A DNA stretch of 64,000 nt, taken from NCBI GenBank assembly GCA_003427395.1, contig BFEA01000008.1, forward strand, positions 799,545-863,544, written 5' to 3'. Position numbers and translations under genes: made by a program. The DNA is from Chara braunii. Its lineage: Eukaryota; Plantae; Charophyceae. The notes beneath the pieces were generated by a model, which saw only the letters and a program-made list of their open reading frames with translations, did no database searches and had not been told where the DNA came from. This document shows positions 27,051 to 39,367 of this stretch, one piece after another (position 1 is the stretch's first letter; every line of letters begins with the position of its first letter).

Positions 27051-28235
27051 AAAATCTAGCTTCTCTTCTCTACCATTCTTGAAAGAAATTCTTCTTGCTG
27101 ACGTGAAAATGCCCTTATCGAACTCTGTGGGTCAATTTCTGCTGCCTCTGCATGCACTGTTGTTGAACCGGTTTGTCCTTCTGTCACTCTGTGTGTAAAC
27201 TGGCATGTGAAGTCTGTTAACTGTTTTTGTTTTTCTTCAGACCTCAATGCTCCGAGTCTGGAGATATCAGAAAAAGGTTTAGATTTTCAAGTTGCAAGGT
27301 ACCTGTCCCACGTGCTCTGGATGCTATAGAGGCCTTAATGGTTGCTGTTGACCATTGACCTGAGCGGCTGAGCCTTTAGCCAGCGGCTTCAGTCTTCGCT
27401 CGTTTTGGAGCTGGTCGAAAGGAGTTCTAAAGATGATGGATTTGCCATTTTCCTGTCTGGCCGTCATTGAAGCGCCTGGCCATGGTGGAGAAGGCAGTAG
27501 ATTCCATAGATCTCGGTACTTGGCAATGGAGACTTCAGGGTGGCTTGAGGGGGTGGCATCCTAATGGATTTGATGGTGGGACTAGCCTGGGAAGTACCAA
27601 CATACAAGCCTAGGCTGGAATTGGCCCAATACTCCAGGTTTTTCGGCAGCAGCAGCTACAATATGGTAGACCTTGGGGGACGAGAACACTTTCTTTGGAA
27701 TGGAGATTCGAGGGTTCGTGGAAGAAGTTGGTACACTGATTGGGTGGCAAGAATATGCTTTTCACGAGTTTTCAGTTCATAAGTTCTATCTTGGTGCGCT
27801 GCTTTATCATTGCTGTTGTCATGCTCTGCAGCTCTTTCATGGATAGAAATTGATCATCTCTACAGTTGATGCAATCATTGCATTGAAGAAGATAAAAGGC
27901 ATAGCCAGGAACAGAGTTCTCTTTGACTCGATTCCTCAGACCTCCTCAGAGCTTTTCCTGTCCATCAAGCATGGCTTTTCAATATAATTGAAGTTTATCA
28001 GCCGCCATGGACCACAGCTTGGGATCCGCCAGAAGAAAACATTGCTTCAGCTTCCTGTGCAGTGTATCCCTCCGGTAGTGCCTCTGGTCCTTGTTGTCAG
28101 AAGGCCTTCAGAGTGCCTCGCAACCTCCATGGCCTCCACTGACAACCACTAGGCTAGGAGTACCACAGTCAGTGCCTTGTAGACTCTGTGACCTCTACTG
28201 ACGCCATCACAACCCGTAGGCAACTAACTCGAGAA

Positions 28236-28813
28236 GAGGGCTGTGTCGTCAACCGGCCGGTTGGACCCCAGGTGGTCCAACCGGAATTCGGGTTGGGCCC
28301 AAAAGTGGGTCAATTTTTTTTATTTATTTTTTCTTTTCAAAACATGGTTGCACTGCGCTCGCCAAGATCTCCCTGAATCCGGTGAGAAAACTTAAANNNN
28401 NNNNNNNNNNNNNNNNNNNNNNNNNNNNNNNNNNNNNNNNNNNNNNNNNNNNNNNNNNNNNNNNNNNNNNNNNNNNNNNNNNNNNNNNNNNNNNNNNNNN
28501 NNNNNNNNNNNNNNNNNNNNNNNNNNNNNNNNNNNNNNNNNNNNNNNNNNNNNNNNNNNNNNNNNNNNNNNNNNNNNNNNNNNNNNNNNNNNNNNNNNNN
28601 NNNNNNNNNNNNNNNNNNNNNNNNNNNNNNNNNNNNNNNNNNCTCTCTCTCTCTCTCTCTCTCTCTGCGCTTGCTTCAATGCACGCTACTTTTTTTTTGT
28701 TTATAAAAAAAAAGGCCTTGATTGACCACGAATCAGAATGAAACTGATCGGAGCAGATACCACAGTTGATCGTTGGGGGGGTGGTTTGGCTGGCGCGTAG
28801 GTAGTTAGATTGT

Positions 28814-28907
<94 letters not shown>

Positions 28908-29482
28908 CCGCGCGTCTACGCTTCCACACAACGTAAGGAGAGAAGAAGAAGAAGAAGAAGAAAACGTACCTGTGGCGCGCTGGCGGGAGGGCGGTGATGA
29001 CGACGGGCGGGCGGGCTTCACTGCACGACGATGACGATGATGACGGGCGGGCGGGCTTCGATGCACGACGATGACGATGATGACGGCGACGGGCGACGAC
29101 AGCGGGGGCATTGGCTTGTTGATGGTACGGCTGGTGAGTCGGGGGGAGGCGGGAAGTAGTAGGCTGGAGGGAACGGCAGCTCCAATTTTTGAAAAGGGAG
29201 GGCTCATCTGGGCCGCCGATCTTTCGAGAGCAGCAGTCCAGAGAGGCAGCCCTTTTCGAAACTTGGAGGCTGCCCTACCGGACCGGTTTGATTTTTTTTA
29301 GGGCCAGGAGGCCCCCACACGGGTTGTGGGGGCCTTCTGGCCCGAAAAAAAATTGAATCAGCCAGTATTCACCTATGCGCTATAGCCGACCAGAGGGCAA
29401 CCGGGCCGGTGGACCGGCCGGTCCCACCGGCCCGGTTCCGGTTGGGGGTGGACCCCCTGGTGGGACCGGGTTTACAGCCCTG
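28236..29482. mobile_element. hAT-type non-autonomous element (contains a gap and (CT)n)
   Basis: Termini GAGGGCTGT...ACAGCCCTG; 8-bp TSD CTCGAGAA at 28228-28235 and 29483-29490; ACCGG-rich subterminal repeats. Confidence 0.85.
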
Positions 29483-29857
29483 CTCGAGAAGACTAAGCAC
29501 ATCTTCCCTGATCTTAGTGATGCGAGTTCATTTAGCAAGCACTGAAAATTGGCAACAGCCCTGCTTGGCTCCAACTTCCAGGACCTGAAGTGAGGCTGCC
29601 AGCTGAGTATCGCCATATAGTATCAAGTACGCTGCCACTAGTGGCCTTTAGCCAGGAACAAACGGTACTCCTGTTTGGTGTTTGGCCTGAAAAATTGCAG
29701 ACTTCTCATATCGGTGGTGAGACTGCATTGAATCAAATGATTTTCTGATCAAAATTGTAGTTTTGCCAGAATATCTTATTCAGGCTTTTTTCAGGTTACC
29801 TTGGCCCAGCAACTGGCCTTTTCACAGAGCAGATGCACGTCATTGTCACACCATGTT

Positions 29858-29992
29858 CTAAGCTCAGTTTGTACACCCATGAACTATTGAAATACAGAGC
29901 CAACTGCGAATCCAGATACAATCAGATGCCCAGAACAACATAATTCTGAATTACCTGGGGCCGGTCAGCTTCAATGATGATATCTCAAGGCC
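29858..29992 (+). mobile_element. tRNA-derived SINE (family A), decayed copy
   Basis: Collinear with the reverse complement of 26915-27050 (GCTCAG..TACACCCATGA..TTGAAATACAGA..TACCTGGGGCC..TTCAATGATGATATC). Confidence 0.7.
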
Positions 29993-30148
29993 GTCACCCT
30001 TTGAAAATAGAACAGATAAAACGCGAACACCATTGAAGTTCTACTGTCAAAAGTGACTGCATGTCTGAATTGTTTTGCAGCAGGATTTTCCAGCGATTTA
30101 ACCCTCTGTATCTGAATGACTCACCTGTTGAGTGTGCTTTCGTTGCAG

Positions 30149-30220
30149 GGGTTGCTGGCGACTGATAAAGCCTTTCGTGTTTTTGAATCACTTTCTGCAA
30201 AGGAGAGAATGTATTTGGAG
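30149..30220 (+). CDS. ATM: ATM exon C (GLLATDKAFRVFESLSAKERMYLE)
   Basis: ttgcAG acceptor; GTAAGT donor; 72 nt. Confidence 0.9.
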
Positions 30221-31402
30221 GTAAGTACCGGGTTCTCTCATANNNNNNNNNNNNNNNNNNNNNNNNNNNNNNNNNNNNNNNNNNNNNNNNNNNNNNNNNN
30301 NNNNNNNNNNNNNNNNNNNNNNNNNNNNNNNNNNNNNNNNNNNNNNNNNNNNNNNNNNNNNNNNNNNNNNNNNNNNNNNNNNNNNNNNNNNNNNNNNNNN
30401 NNNNNNNNNNNNNNNNNNNNNNNNNNNNNNNNNNNNNNNNNNNNNNNNNNNNNNNNNNNNNNNNNNNNNNNNNNNNNNNNNNNNNNNNNNNNNNNNNNNN
30501 NNNNNNNNNNNNNNNNNNNNNNNNNNNNNNNNNNNNNNNNNNNNNNNNNNNNNNNNNNNNNNNNNNNNNNNNNNNNNNNNNNNNNNNNNNNNNNNNNNNN
30601 NNNNNNNNNNNNNNNNNNNNNNNNNNNNNNNNNNNNNNNNNNNNNNNNNNNNNNNNNNNNNNNNNNNNNNNNNNNNNNNNNNNNNNNNNNNNNNNNNNNN
30701 NNNNNNNNNNNNNNNNNNNNNNNNNNNNNNNNNNNNNNNNNNNNNNNNNNNNNNNNNNNNNNNNNNNNNNNNNNNNNNNNNNNNNNNNNNNNNNNNNNNN
30801 NNNNNNNNNNNNNNNNNNNNNNNNNNNNNNNNNNNNNNNNNNNNNNNNNNNNNNNNNNNNNNNNNNNNNNNNNNNNNNNNNNNNNNNNNNNNNNNNNNNN
30901 NNNNNNNNNNNNTGTTGGTGTAACGTGGAGATGGTTAGGGGCATATGGTGGTGAAACGGAAAACTCTGCAGGGGGAAGGGTGATGGTGGTGCACGAGAAA
31001 GAAAACGAGGAGAAGTGGCAGCAAGCAGTTCTTTTGTGAGACGAGTAGTTGAAAGGGAGATGGTGGGGAAAATAGGAAGAGGTTGAATGGGGGGTGATTC
31101 GCATGTGGCTACGTTTGTTGTGTGTTGTCGGCTTCATAATTGCACATTCTGTCTGGGTGGTGGAAATTCTCTTGTTCACTTCAAAACTTGGCTGAAGTGA
31201 TACATCAAGTAACGATTTTATTATGATGTGACAACTACGGTGAAGCCGTGCCTTGAAAGTAAAGTCTAGCATGTATGCCCCATTTTTGCAAAAGCAATCG
31301 CTGGAATTCTAGCACACTTCAGAATACCCAGAAACACTTTTTGACTTCTGCTTCCAGCAATAAAAATGCCGGTCTTGTTGCTCATTTGGTGCACTGAACT
31401 AG

Positions 31403-31472
31403 GTACGTTCGAGAGGTGTTCATGTGAAGAAGGTGGAGGACATGGTACTCAAAGCCAAGCAGGAGGGTGCAA
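31403..31472 (+). CDS. ATM: ATM exon D (VRSRGVHVKKVEDMVLKAKQEGA)
   Basis: actAG acceptor; GTGAGT donor; matches the VHxRGV motif of plant ATM; ends in phase 1. Confidence 0.85.
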
Positions 31473-32169
31473 GTGAGTATGCTCCTTTTTGCCAACTCAC
31501 CTCGGCTGATGCTTCCTCAAGTTCTTATGATATGTGATTTGGACTTCAGTTTGCTGTTTGTATATCCTTTCCTTAGCTCGTTCATTGTAGCATTGGAGTT
31601 GCCCCTGAAGACGCAGTACTGGCAGAAGCAGAAAAATGCGTCGGGATTTATGCCAGGGTGAGTGGCTAGGATGCTCTGCCACGCATGGCCTCAAGCTTCA
31701 TGATTACTTTTTCAGTCCAGCTTGTGCTTAACGATTCTTTCTCTCTAAGCTATTTTGGAGGAGCTTCTGTAGGTTTATGTAGTTGGGGTGAATGCTCTTA
31801 TGTGTCAGTGTGTGAATGTGCGATGTCTTTGAATGCGCATCGTAAATTTGGCAGTCATGGTGAATGATGGCTGTATCGCGATATAAGCGGTCATGATGCA
31901 TGGAGTGGATATTGTCGAGCAAGTAGTGCATGACGTTATTGAACGAGGTCAAGTCCAGAGAATGGCCCTAGTGAATTACATGAGTAGTGCCGAGTGATTG
32001 ATCGAGTACTAGCAAATTGCGCCGCGAGCAGCTATCTGAGATCCAAAGAGGATGCGGCGTAAAGACTCTATTGAGTCTGAGCCATGGTTGGAATTCACCA
32101 TCTTTGCATGCTCTGTGTGCAACTTGCAAGGACATCATCAACTGTTGAAGCAGCATTGGACTGAGTTAG

Positions 32170-32247
32170 TGAGTGAGTGTGCCTGCCTTTGTGTGTGTCT
32201 TGTGTGTGTGTGTGTTCGTGTGTGTGTTCGTGTGTGTGTGTCTTTGT

Positions 32248-32282
<35 letters not shown>

Positions 32283-32345
32283 CGTGTGTGTGTGTGTGTG
32301 TGTGTGTGTTCGTGTGTGTGTGTTCGTGTCTGTGTGTGTGCGTGG
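32170..32345. repeat. Compound (GT)n microsatellite
   Basis: Directly visible. Confidence 0.95.
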
Positions 32346-32938
32346 ATGTGTCTGTGTTTCAGAACATGCCATGGCATGCTATACGATGTTGGTCCACAAA
32401 AAGAGATGTATGGTGTACCTGACCTGACCATAACCAGCCCAACCTTTCATGGTCCCACCATCTCCCATGCATGAATAGTTTCGGTGATTGGGCTCCAGCC
32501 GCTTCTTAAACCTGCGTACAGATAACACACAAATGGGAAGAGTAACGGCGATTGAACTCTAGCTGCTTCATGTTTACAAACCACCCACAGACAACACACA
32601 TATGCAGATACGACAAAAAGAAACAGACTTAACCCAAGGATACACACAAGAGTAATGATACTGCTTTGTTGGACTAGCATTGGCTCATCAGGAGGCTGAA
32701 CTGTCAAGCCCGCCGTGAAAGGGCCAAAGGTCCCAGCAAAAAAACAAAAAACAAAAAAGGTAAAAAAACTATGTTATGCAGAAAAATAAACTGAACAACG
32801 TTTGGCTCAGGGTTGCATCGAAGTTCTTTACCAAAATTTAAAATAAAAAATAGTTTTTATAAATTTTATTATTATTTTTATTTTATTTTTTTGGCCCGGC
32901 CGGGCAAGTCTTCCTGGGCCACTCTAGTAGCCTAGGCA

Positions 32939-34079
32939 GATACAGAGAAGATTAGCATGGCCCCTGCACAATTCTGACATGCATAAACTGCACGGAATAT
33001 GAGCAAGAGCGATACACAGAACACCAAAGTTGCAAAATCACGAGGTAGTCCAGATAGTCATGGACCAAGCAGAGAGCACAATGCACCAAGATTCCATCCA
33101 CGTAAGAAGAAGACAAAGAACTCAAATGTCAATGCTGACACTCCTGGTCACACCAACACTGTATCCAATGTTGCACTCACTGTCTGGCGCTCGGCATAGC
33201 CTATTCTACTCGGCCTATCTAGCCCATCTACGTTCAAGCAACTGAATCACACCGAAGTCAAAGACCAATGTACGTGATGTCAACACCAATGCTGACCACC
33301 AGCATACACCAGGTACGTTCTCTCCTCTCCCCTCATCAGACGTTGACCACCCACTCATGCGCCTCCTACCCGAAGACCACCTTCGCCATCTCCTGTCTTG
33401 CGCCCCTGCAGCCCGGCTATAGCTTCTGTGCGCCCGCTGCCCTTGCAGCATCCCTCACCTCAGGGCTCGTGCGCGCATCTGACCATCGGCGCCCATGCAG
33501 ACACTTGCGCAGCAACTCAACAGCGCGCCAAGGCCAGAATGCCCTGCCCTGGGCTGGCCTCTTTCCTTTATGGAAAGTGCAGCCCCTGTGTGTGTCTGCG
33601 TGGGCCTGGCTGGGGAAGTTTTCAGTAGCTTCCAGTTGGGCCCAATTGTCTGCGCCCAGGCCCACCTCTACAGTTAAGGGCCTGGGCCCTTTTTGGTTAG
33701 GCAGGTACAGGTAGCCTTCCAGGCACCAAGTGTTGGCCGCATTCTCATTGGCTCGCGGAGATTGTGTGGCGACAATGCTGCTTTCTCATTCGTCCCTGGC
33801 TGGTGCGTGATGTGACGGCCTCACACTGCGTGTGCCCAGGGCGCAACCACCCGGCCCTGGGCTCAACTGTACAGCACAGCCCTTGTTTCTGGAAAGAGCC
33901 TGGAGGCTCACATTTCCCTGTAACCAACTGGCATGCTGCAACTGTGGATATTCAGGCCCGCCTTCACTTAGGGGGGGCACAAGGCTTGCTGGGGCCCACA
34001 GCCGAGAACACTTGCATGTCTGTTAGGGCCGCGTGAGGGCTCAGTCCTCGCAAAACCGAGAAATGGTCAAAAAAAAAAA
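32939..34079 (+). pseudogene. 5'-truncated U6 retrocopy with poly(A), split by a solo LTR
   Basis: GATACAGAGAAGATTAGCATGGCCCCTGC..GCATAAAC (32939-32988) resumes as CGAGAAATGGTC plus A-tract (34057-34079). Confidence 0.8.
32989..34052. mobile_element. Solo LTR (1064 bp)
   Basis: TGCACGGA...TCCTCGCA termini; 4-bp TSD AAAC; removing it restores U6. Confidence 0.7.
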
Positions 34080-34227
34080 GAAAACAAGGCAGAGGAAAAG
34101 TCTGAAAAACATTCGTAGGGATCCGGACCATGGCAGCTTAGTACAAATGGATCTGCACATCTAGCTCCCCCACAACTGAGATTACAGGATGGTGCTACCC
34201 ATCCCAGCATGAGCCTGACTTCTTCCA

Positions 34228-34300
34228 CCGTGCAAGCACGGATTCGAACTGGCAACCTCGACCTCAAGAGCCAGGTATCTTAACCACTACAGCCAGGACA
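34228..34300 (-). mobile_element. tRNA-derived SINE head or tRNA pseudogene (family B)
   Basis: Minus strand TGGCTGTAGTGGTTAAG...GTTCGAATCC (A and B boxes). Confidence 0.55.
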
Positions 34301-34784
34301 CGGTGCAAAAGTGGAACCATACCGCCCCACCCCTGCACAGGTGGCAGTAGCACATGAGGAACAGGGGTAGACCAGTGTTGAATCCTTCCTTCCGAGGAAG
34401 CAAGCTATCAATGCTAGTGTCTCAGGGTCTCTCGGCCATAAGGGAGGGAAGCATTGAGTGGGTGAACTATGTAAGGGACAAAGAAAAAAGAACAGAAACA
34501 GGGATCGGCAAGGTCCTTAGCTCTGCTTGGGTGGATTCTCGATATTACACGGGGTCTTCAGGTGCCGGCTTCAGATTTTGCATGGTACTGTGTCAAAATG
34601 TGGGATGAGGTCTAGCCATACTCCCCCAGTTTGAATGGACTGAAATAAAGGCCTTGGGTAATGGGCAGTCTCTAGAAGGAAAGTACTGGTTTGTGTAGCC
34701 TACCCAGTACAGCCTTAGGAAGCAGGGAGGTGAGCCACCATGCAATGATAATGCTATGTGTGTTTTATGTTTTGGCATTTGCAG

Positions 34785-34902
34785 AATTGTCTACTCCATT
34801 GGATGAGGATGCACTTTGGATAACTAAAGGACGGACTCACGAGCAATGGGTGTCTGCAGTCACAGTTTCACTGCTGGAGCACACAAATGACACTATTTTA
34901 CG
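34785..34902 (+). CDS. ATM: ATM exon E (LSTPLDEDALWITKGRTHEQWV...DTILR)
   Basis: tttgcAG acceptor; GTGAGT donor; phase 1 in, phase 2 out. Confidence 0.9.
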
Positions 34903-35111
34903 GTGAGTGCTGTGAAAGCGCCCCTCTCCTTTTTTGTTTTCTATTGGTGGGGGAAAGGTTGGGGGTTGGGGGCTTCTATTGTGTCACTTTCAATCTTCTC
35001 CACTGGACCAGGCTTTCCAAAAGTCAGGAAGTATCCAGTGAGATGAATAGACATCAAAGGTTTCTTGATATTTATGAAGACCTTTCCCAAATAATGCAAG
35101 TGGAGTCTAAA

Positions 35112-35265
35112 AAGGTAGCCAGGGAGCGGATCAATTAGTATTTGCCAAAATAAGATCCAATGCAGGAATAACATGATTGAAAGTCTACGAAGGTAGCCAG
35201 CGAGCGGATCAATCAGTATTTGCCAAAATAAGATCCAATGCAGGAATAACATGATTGAAAGTCTT
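35112..35265. repeat. 78-bp tandem duplication
   Basis: AAGGTAGCCAG...ATTGAAAGTCT at 35112 and 35190. Confidence 0.9.
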
Positions 35266-36939
35266 AAGGGATTCGGAGGACACCAACACAGAGGCCAGGT
35301 TAGGTCTACGGATCGAGCCCTGGGGTCTGCAATATCACGCGAGCCACAATGCCAGCCTTGCAAGATTTCTTCATGGCTCCTTTCTGAAATTTTGGAGGCT
35401 CAGAGCTACCGAGCCACAATGGCTGGTGGCACGGCCGAAAAAAAAAAGAAGTGTGCCGCTGGCGGTTCGGCAAAGCTTGGCCCCGTCAAGCCGGGGTGTA
35501 CTGGGGGTTGAGGCTGATAGCTGTTGTACAATCAGCTGTCACTGTGACAGGATCCTATGTTCTCAACAAGTGGCTCTTATGTCAGTATTCTCTCTTCAGC
35601 GTTATTGGTTTACTCACCTTCCTGGCAGAGGCAACTTACTGCGTCTGAGAGGAACAGATGAAGAGAATGGCAAGCTGATCCTTTGGCCTATTTGGAAGGA
35701 TGCTTTGAGTGGGAATTGATGTATCATGCTGGCTCCTTGTACATTCTGCGGAGCATCAGTCCCTGTCCCTGTCCACCAGCAAGTAAAAGGACCTGTTGGG
35801 GAAAAAAAAAAAGTGCAAGAAACCAGTGCTAGTACACGGGTAATCAGGCCTTACTAAAAACGAGACAGATGAAAGCAAGCATTGGTGTTCGGATACATTT
35901 CAGGATTATTGCCAGGACACAAATTGGGCTCTTGACAGTCTGTTCACAGATTGAGAGGAGCCGGAAAACATGTCATAGTGCAGAAAACGTGAGTCTTTTA
36001 GGGGGATGCTTGACTGGTTTCCAGCGTTAAGCATCGACGTGTGTGGACTCTTTACAGTGGCGGAGCAGTTTTTAGTCCATCCCACAGTGGAGCCGTCAAT
36101 GCTGCTCCCTTAGGTTTTTCTGTCGACTATTTTAGAGTTTTTCGATAGGCAGACCGGGTAGGCCTAGGCTGGGAAGCAGCTTCTGAAAAGTGACAATCTG
36201 GACAGCAGTAACATTTTTTTCCATTCTGCAAGTTTGCTGGAGTCAGAATAAGGAGCATTGTTTTAGTGCTGATCGCAGGGAGAGTGGGCACAGCCATAGC
36301 CAGGGAGTTGTGGCAATGTACCACATCATTTTTGTTCTGATGCTGTGTTATATGAATTAGCCAAGTGTGCATACACAATGTCAAATTTTCAGCAAGCTTC
36401 CAATCACGTGTAGTTTGATCTCAGTTAAGTGTGCAAGTGTGATGATGTATGTAACTACTTGAGATGTCTGAAAATTGTAAGAGCCCATGGAATGCTCCAG
36501 GGCTTTTGGCCTCCAGGGATCCTTCAATATACCATTGCGCACCATGAAAGGTGCCCATGTCAACATTAAGGGCCGTGTGAGCACCACGTCCCCATTTTCA
36601 TGTACTATGGAAACTCTGACGCCACACTTCGTGCCGGCACACAGACAAAAAAGTTGAAGGCGTTCCCAAATTTTCTTGGTAGAGGCAACTTCGTTGCCAC
36701 TTAGGATCGCCTGTAGTAAGGGTCTTTGTTTTATATGATCTCTCCTGGTGGACTGGTTTGGAGGCTTGGTTGTATTGGTCCTAACAGCCTTACTTTTTTC
36801 TTCGTTGCGCCGGCCACTTTTTCTGTTGTCTTTTTGAAACCCGGTGCACCTTGAGCTGTGGATGACTCCTGGTGACCTGGTTTGGAGGCTTGGTTGTAGC
36901 GATTCACCATATTCACCCGTTTTTATCACCTTCTTGCAG

Positions 36940-37063
36940 GCTTTGCCAGGTCATGGCAGCACGAAAAGCATCACTTGCAGAACTACTTTTTCCACACGTG
37001 TTGGCAAGCTTAGCTGGGGAGCATGGTGCTGATGGAGAAATTGTGCAGTGCATATCCAGACAG
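36940..37063 (+). CDS. ATM: ATM exon F (LCQVMAARKASLAELLFPHVLASLAG...ISRQ)
   Basis: cttgcAG acceptor; GTATGT donor; conserved AELLFP motif. Confidence 0.92.
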
Positions 37064-39367
37064 GTATGTGCCTGATGTTCTCATGTCTGAAAGGCCTTCC
37101 ACGATTCAGACCCCAAATTCGAGTTTCAGGGTCGGAGGCCTGGGCCAAGAAAGGCCAAGTCGGTCATTTTCAGAAAAGTCACAGTCGGGTACCTTAGCAG
37201 TCAATTCCAACAGGCACCCGGCAAACAGTCACATCTCAGGGGTAAAAATACGTCTCATAATGAAAAGTCAAATCCCACGGGCAAAGGACACTTCCACAGG
37301 CAAGAGTCGTGTCCCAGTGGCAGGAGTCACAAACCACAGTCAAAAGCCATGTGCCACAATCGAAAAGTCCGGACTCAAAGGCCCAAGCAGCAGCACACCA
37401 ATGAAAATTCGGGAAAGGTACCAGGCCCTGACATTCCAAAGCAAACAGGCCGTGGGGATGTGGTACCGGAACCAAGTCAAGCCCCAAGAAGCAGAGGCTG
37501 GCACAAGTTGAAGCTCGGTCCAAGACAATATAAGGACTGGCCAGCCTCCTCATTCGGCAGATTGCTCATTCGCAGGAAGTGTGGAAATGCTGGTGCACTT
37601 GTGCGCTATTGTGAGGGGCGAAACACTGAGCCAGGGAGCTGTGCTAGTTGAGGGGGAGAGAGAGAGGGGGCAGCCATAGCTGCCCAGCACTGGCAGAGGG
37701 AAGGCAGCCATATCTGCGCCAGTGCCTAGTGGTTAGTGGTAGACTTCAGAGGGGTTAGTAGAGTTAGCAGTGGGTGTATTCAGAGTTGGTCCTTGAGTAG
37801 TAGAAGGTGCGTGAGTGCATGCAAGTAGGGAGAGAAGACACAGTGAGGTAATAGACAGAGAGAAGACTGGGAGAGAAGAGAGAGGAACGTTGAGAGAGAT
37901 ACTTACCTGAGTGGAGATACTGGTTACTTGGGTTTGCGCTGTTGAGCGCTTGTGGCTGGAACTCTTAATTGCTCATACGATAATTTGTTACTTGTTGGAA
38001 TTCTAAAGCTGCGCTACCTGAGAATCGCGCTCGCGCCGTCTGGTAGCGCTAAGCAGCGCTAATTCGCACTCGCGTCCAGCACCCGACTCCAGCCAGCCCG
38101 CCGCCGCGCGCGAAAGCGCCCGGCTCGTGTTTCAAATTTCGAAAACAGGCCGGCTCGACACGGCCGCCATCGCCCCTGCATGCATGCCAGCTCGCGCCAA
38201 GAGTGTGAGCCCCACCATCGAGCTCTGTACCTGACACCATAGCCGACGGGGGACATTCGGCTGGACAGCTCACAGCGTGAGTGTCTCCCCCAATCGGCCA
38301 TCCGCCAAGAGACGAGAAAGTGAGCCAGCTCGCTCCTCAACAACGCAAACGGCACCTGCGTCCTCCACATCCAGGGAGGACCAAGGGGAAGATCGAAAAG
38401 AGCCGGCACTCAGCCGCCATCGCCAGCGGAAACGCCCTCCCCAAAAGGGGAAGAGCCTGGCCAGCCAAGTAGCTGGGAGCGTCAGTGAAGCGGACAGCGT
38501 ATCAGCCCAAGAAACGACCTAGCAGTGAAGTGCCAAGCAACCCACATACTAACCCCTACTCTCACATCTCTCCAGCCCACATCTCCCCCACCCCGCTAAC
38601 CCCCCCGTACTCTCCAAACCCTCTCCTTCCTACCTACCCTTCCCCCACCCACCCTAACTCGACCCAACGTGTCTTTCAAGTGAACCGCCACTAACCTCCC
38701 AGCCCCGACAACGATCACACCACCAACCCCACCCGCCGCCTCCCTGTATCTCACCCAAACCTACTAACGCATAACAACCCCACCCCACATGACGAACAAC
38801 GCTCAACGGAGCGGGCAAACAACACACACCAACACCCCACCTCNNNNNNNNNNNNNNNNNNNNNNNNNNNNNNNNNNNNNNNNNNNNNNNNNNNNNNNNN
38901 NNNNNNNNNNNNNNNNNNNNNNNNNNNNNNNNNNNNNNNNNNNNNNNNNNNNNNNNNNNNNNNNNNNNNNNNNNNNNNNNNNNNNNNNNNNNNNNNNNNN
39001 NNNNNNNNNNNNNNNNNNNNNNNNNNNNNNNNNNNNNNNNNNNNNNNNNNNNNNNNNNNNNNNNNNNNNNNNNNNNNNNNNNNNNNNNNNNNNNNNNNNN
39101 NNNNNNNNNNNNNNNNNNNNNNNNNNNNNNNNNNNNNNNNNNNNNNNNNNNNNNNNNNNNNNNNNNNNNNNNNNNNNNNNNNNNNNNNNNNNNNNNNNNN
39201 NNNNNNNNNNNNNNNNNNNNNNNNNNNNNNNNNNNNNNNNNNNNNNNNNNNNNNNNNNNNNNNNNNNNNNNNNNNNNNNNNNNNNNNNNNNNNNNNNNNN
39301 NNNNNNNNNNNNNNNNNNTCGCTGCACCCACCCAGTATTCCATTCGCTATCTCAGCCACAGTCCAGG

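Noticed and set aside
27300-28200. Possible decayed coding sequence
   Set aside because: No recognisable motif or sustained frame by eye.
37023-37511. 162-aa ORF overlapping exon F as alternative coding sequence
   Set aside because: It is in a different frame from ATM, runs into LTR-like intron sequence, and has no known motifs.
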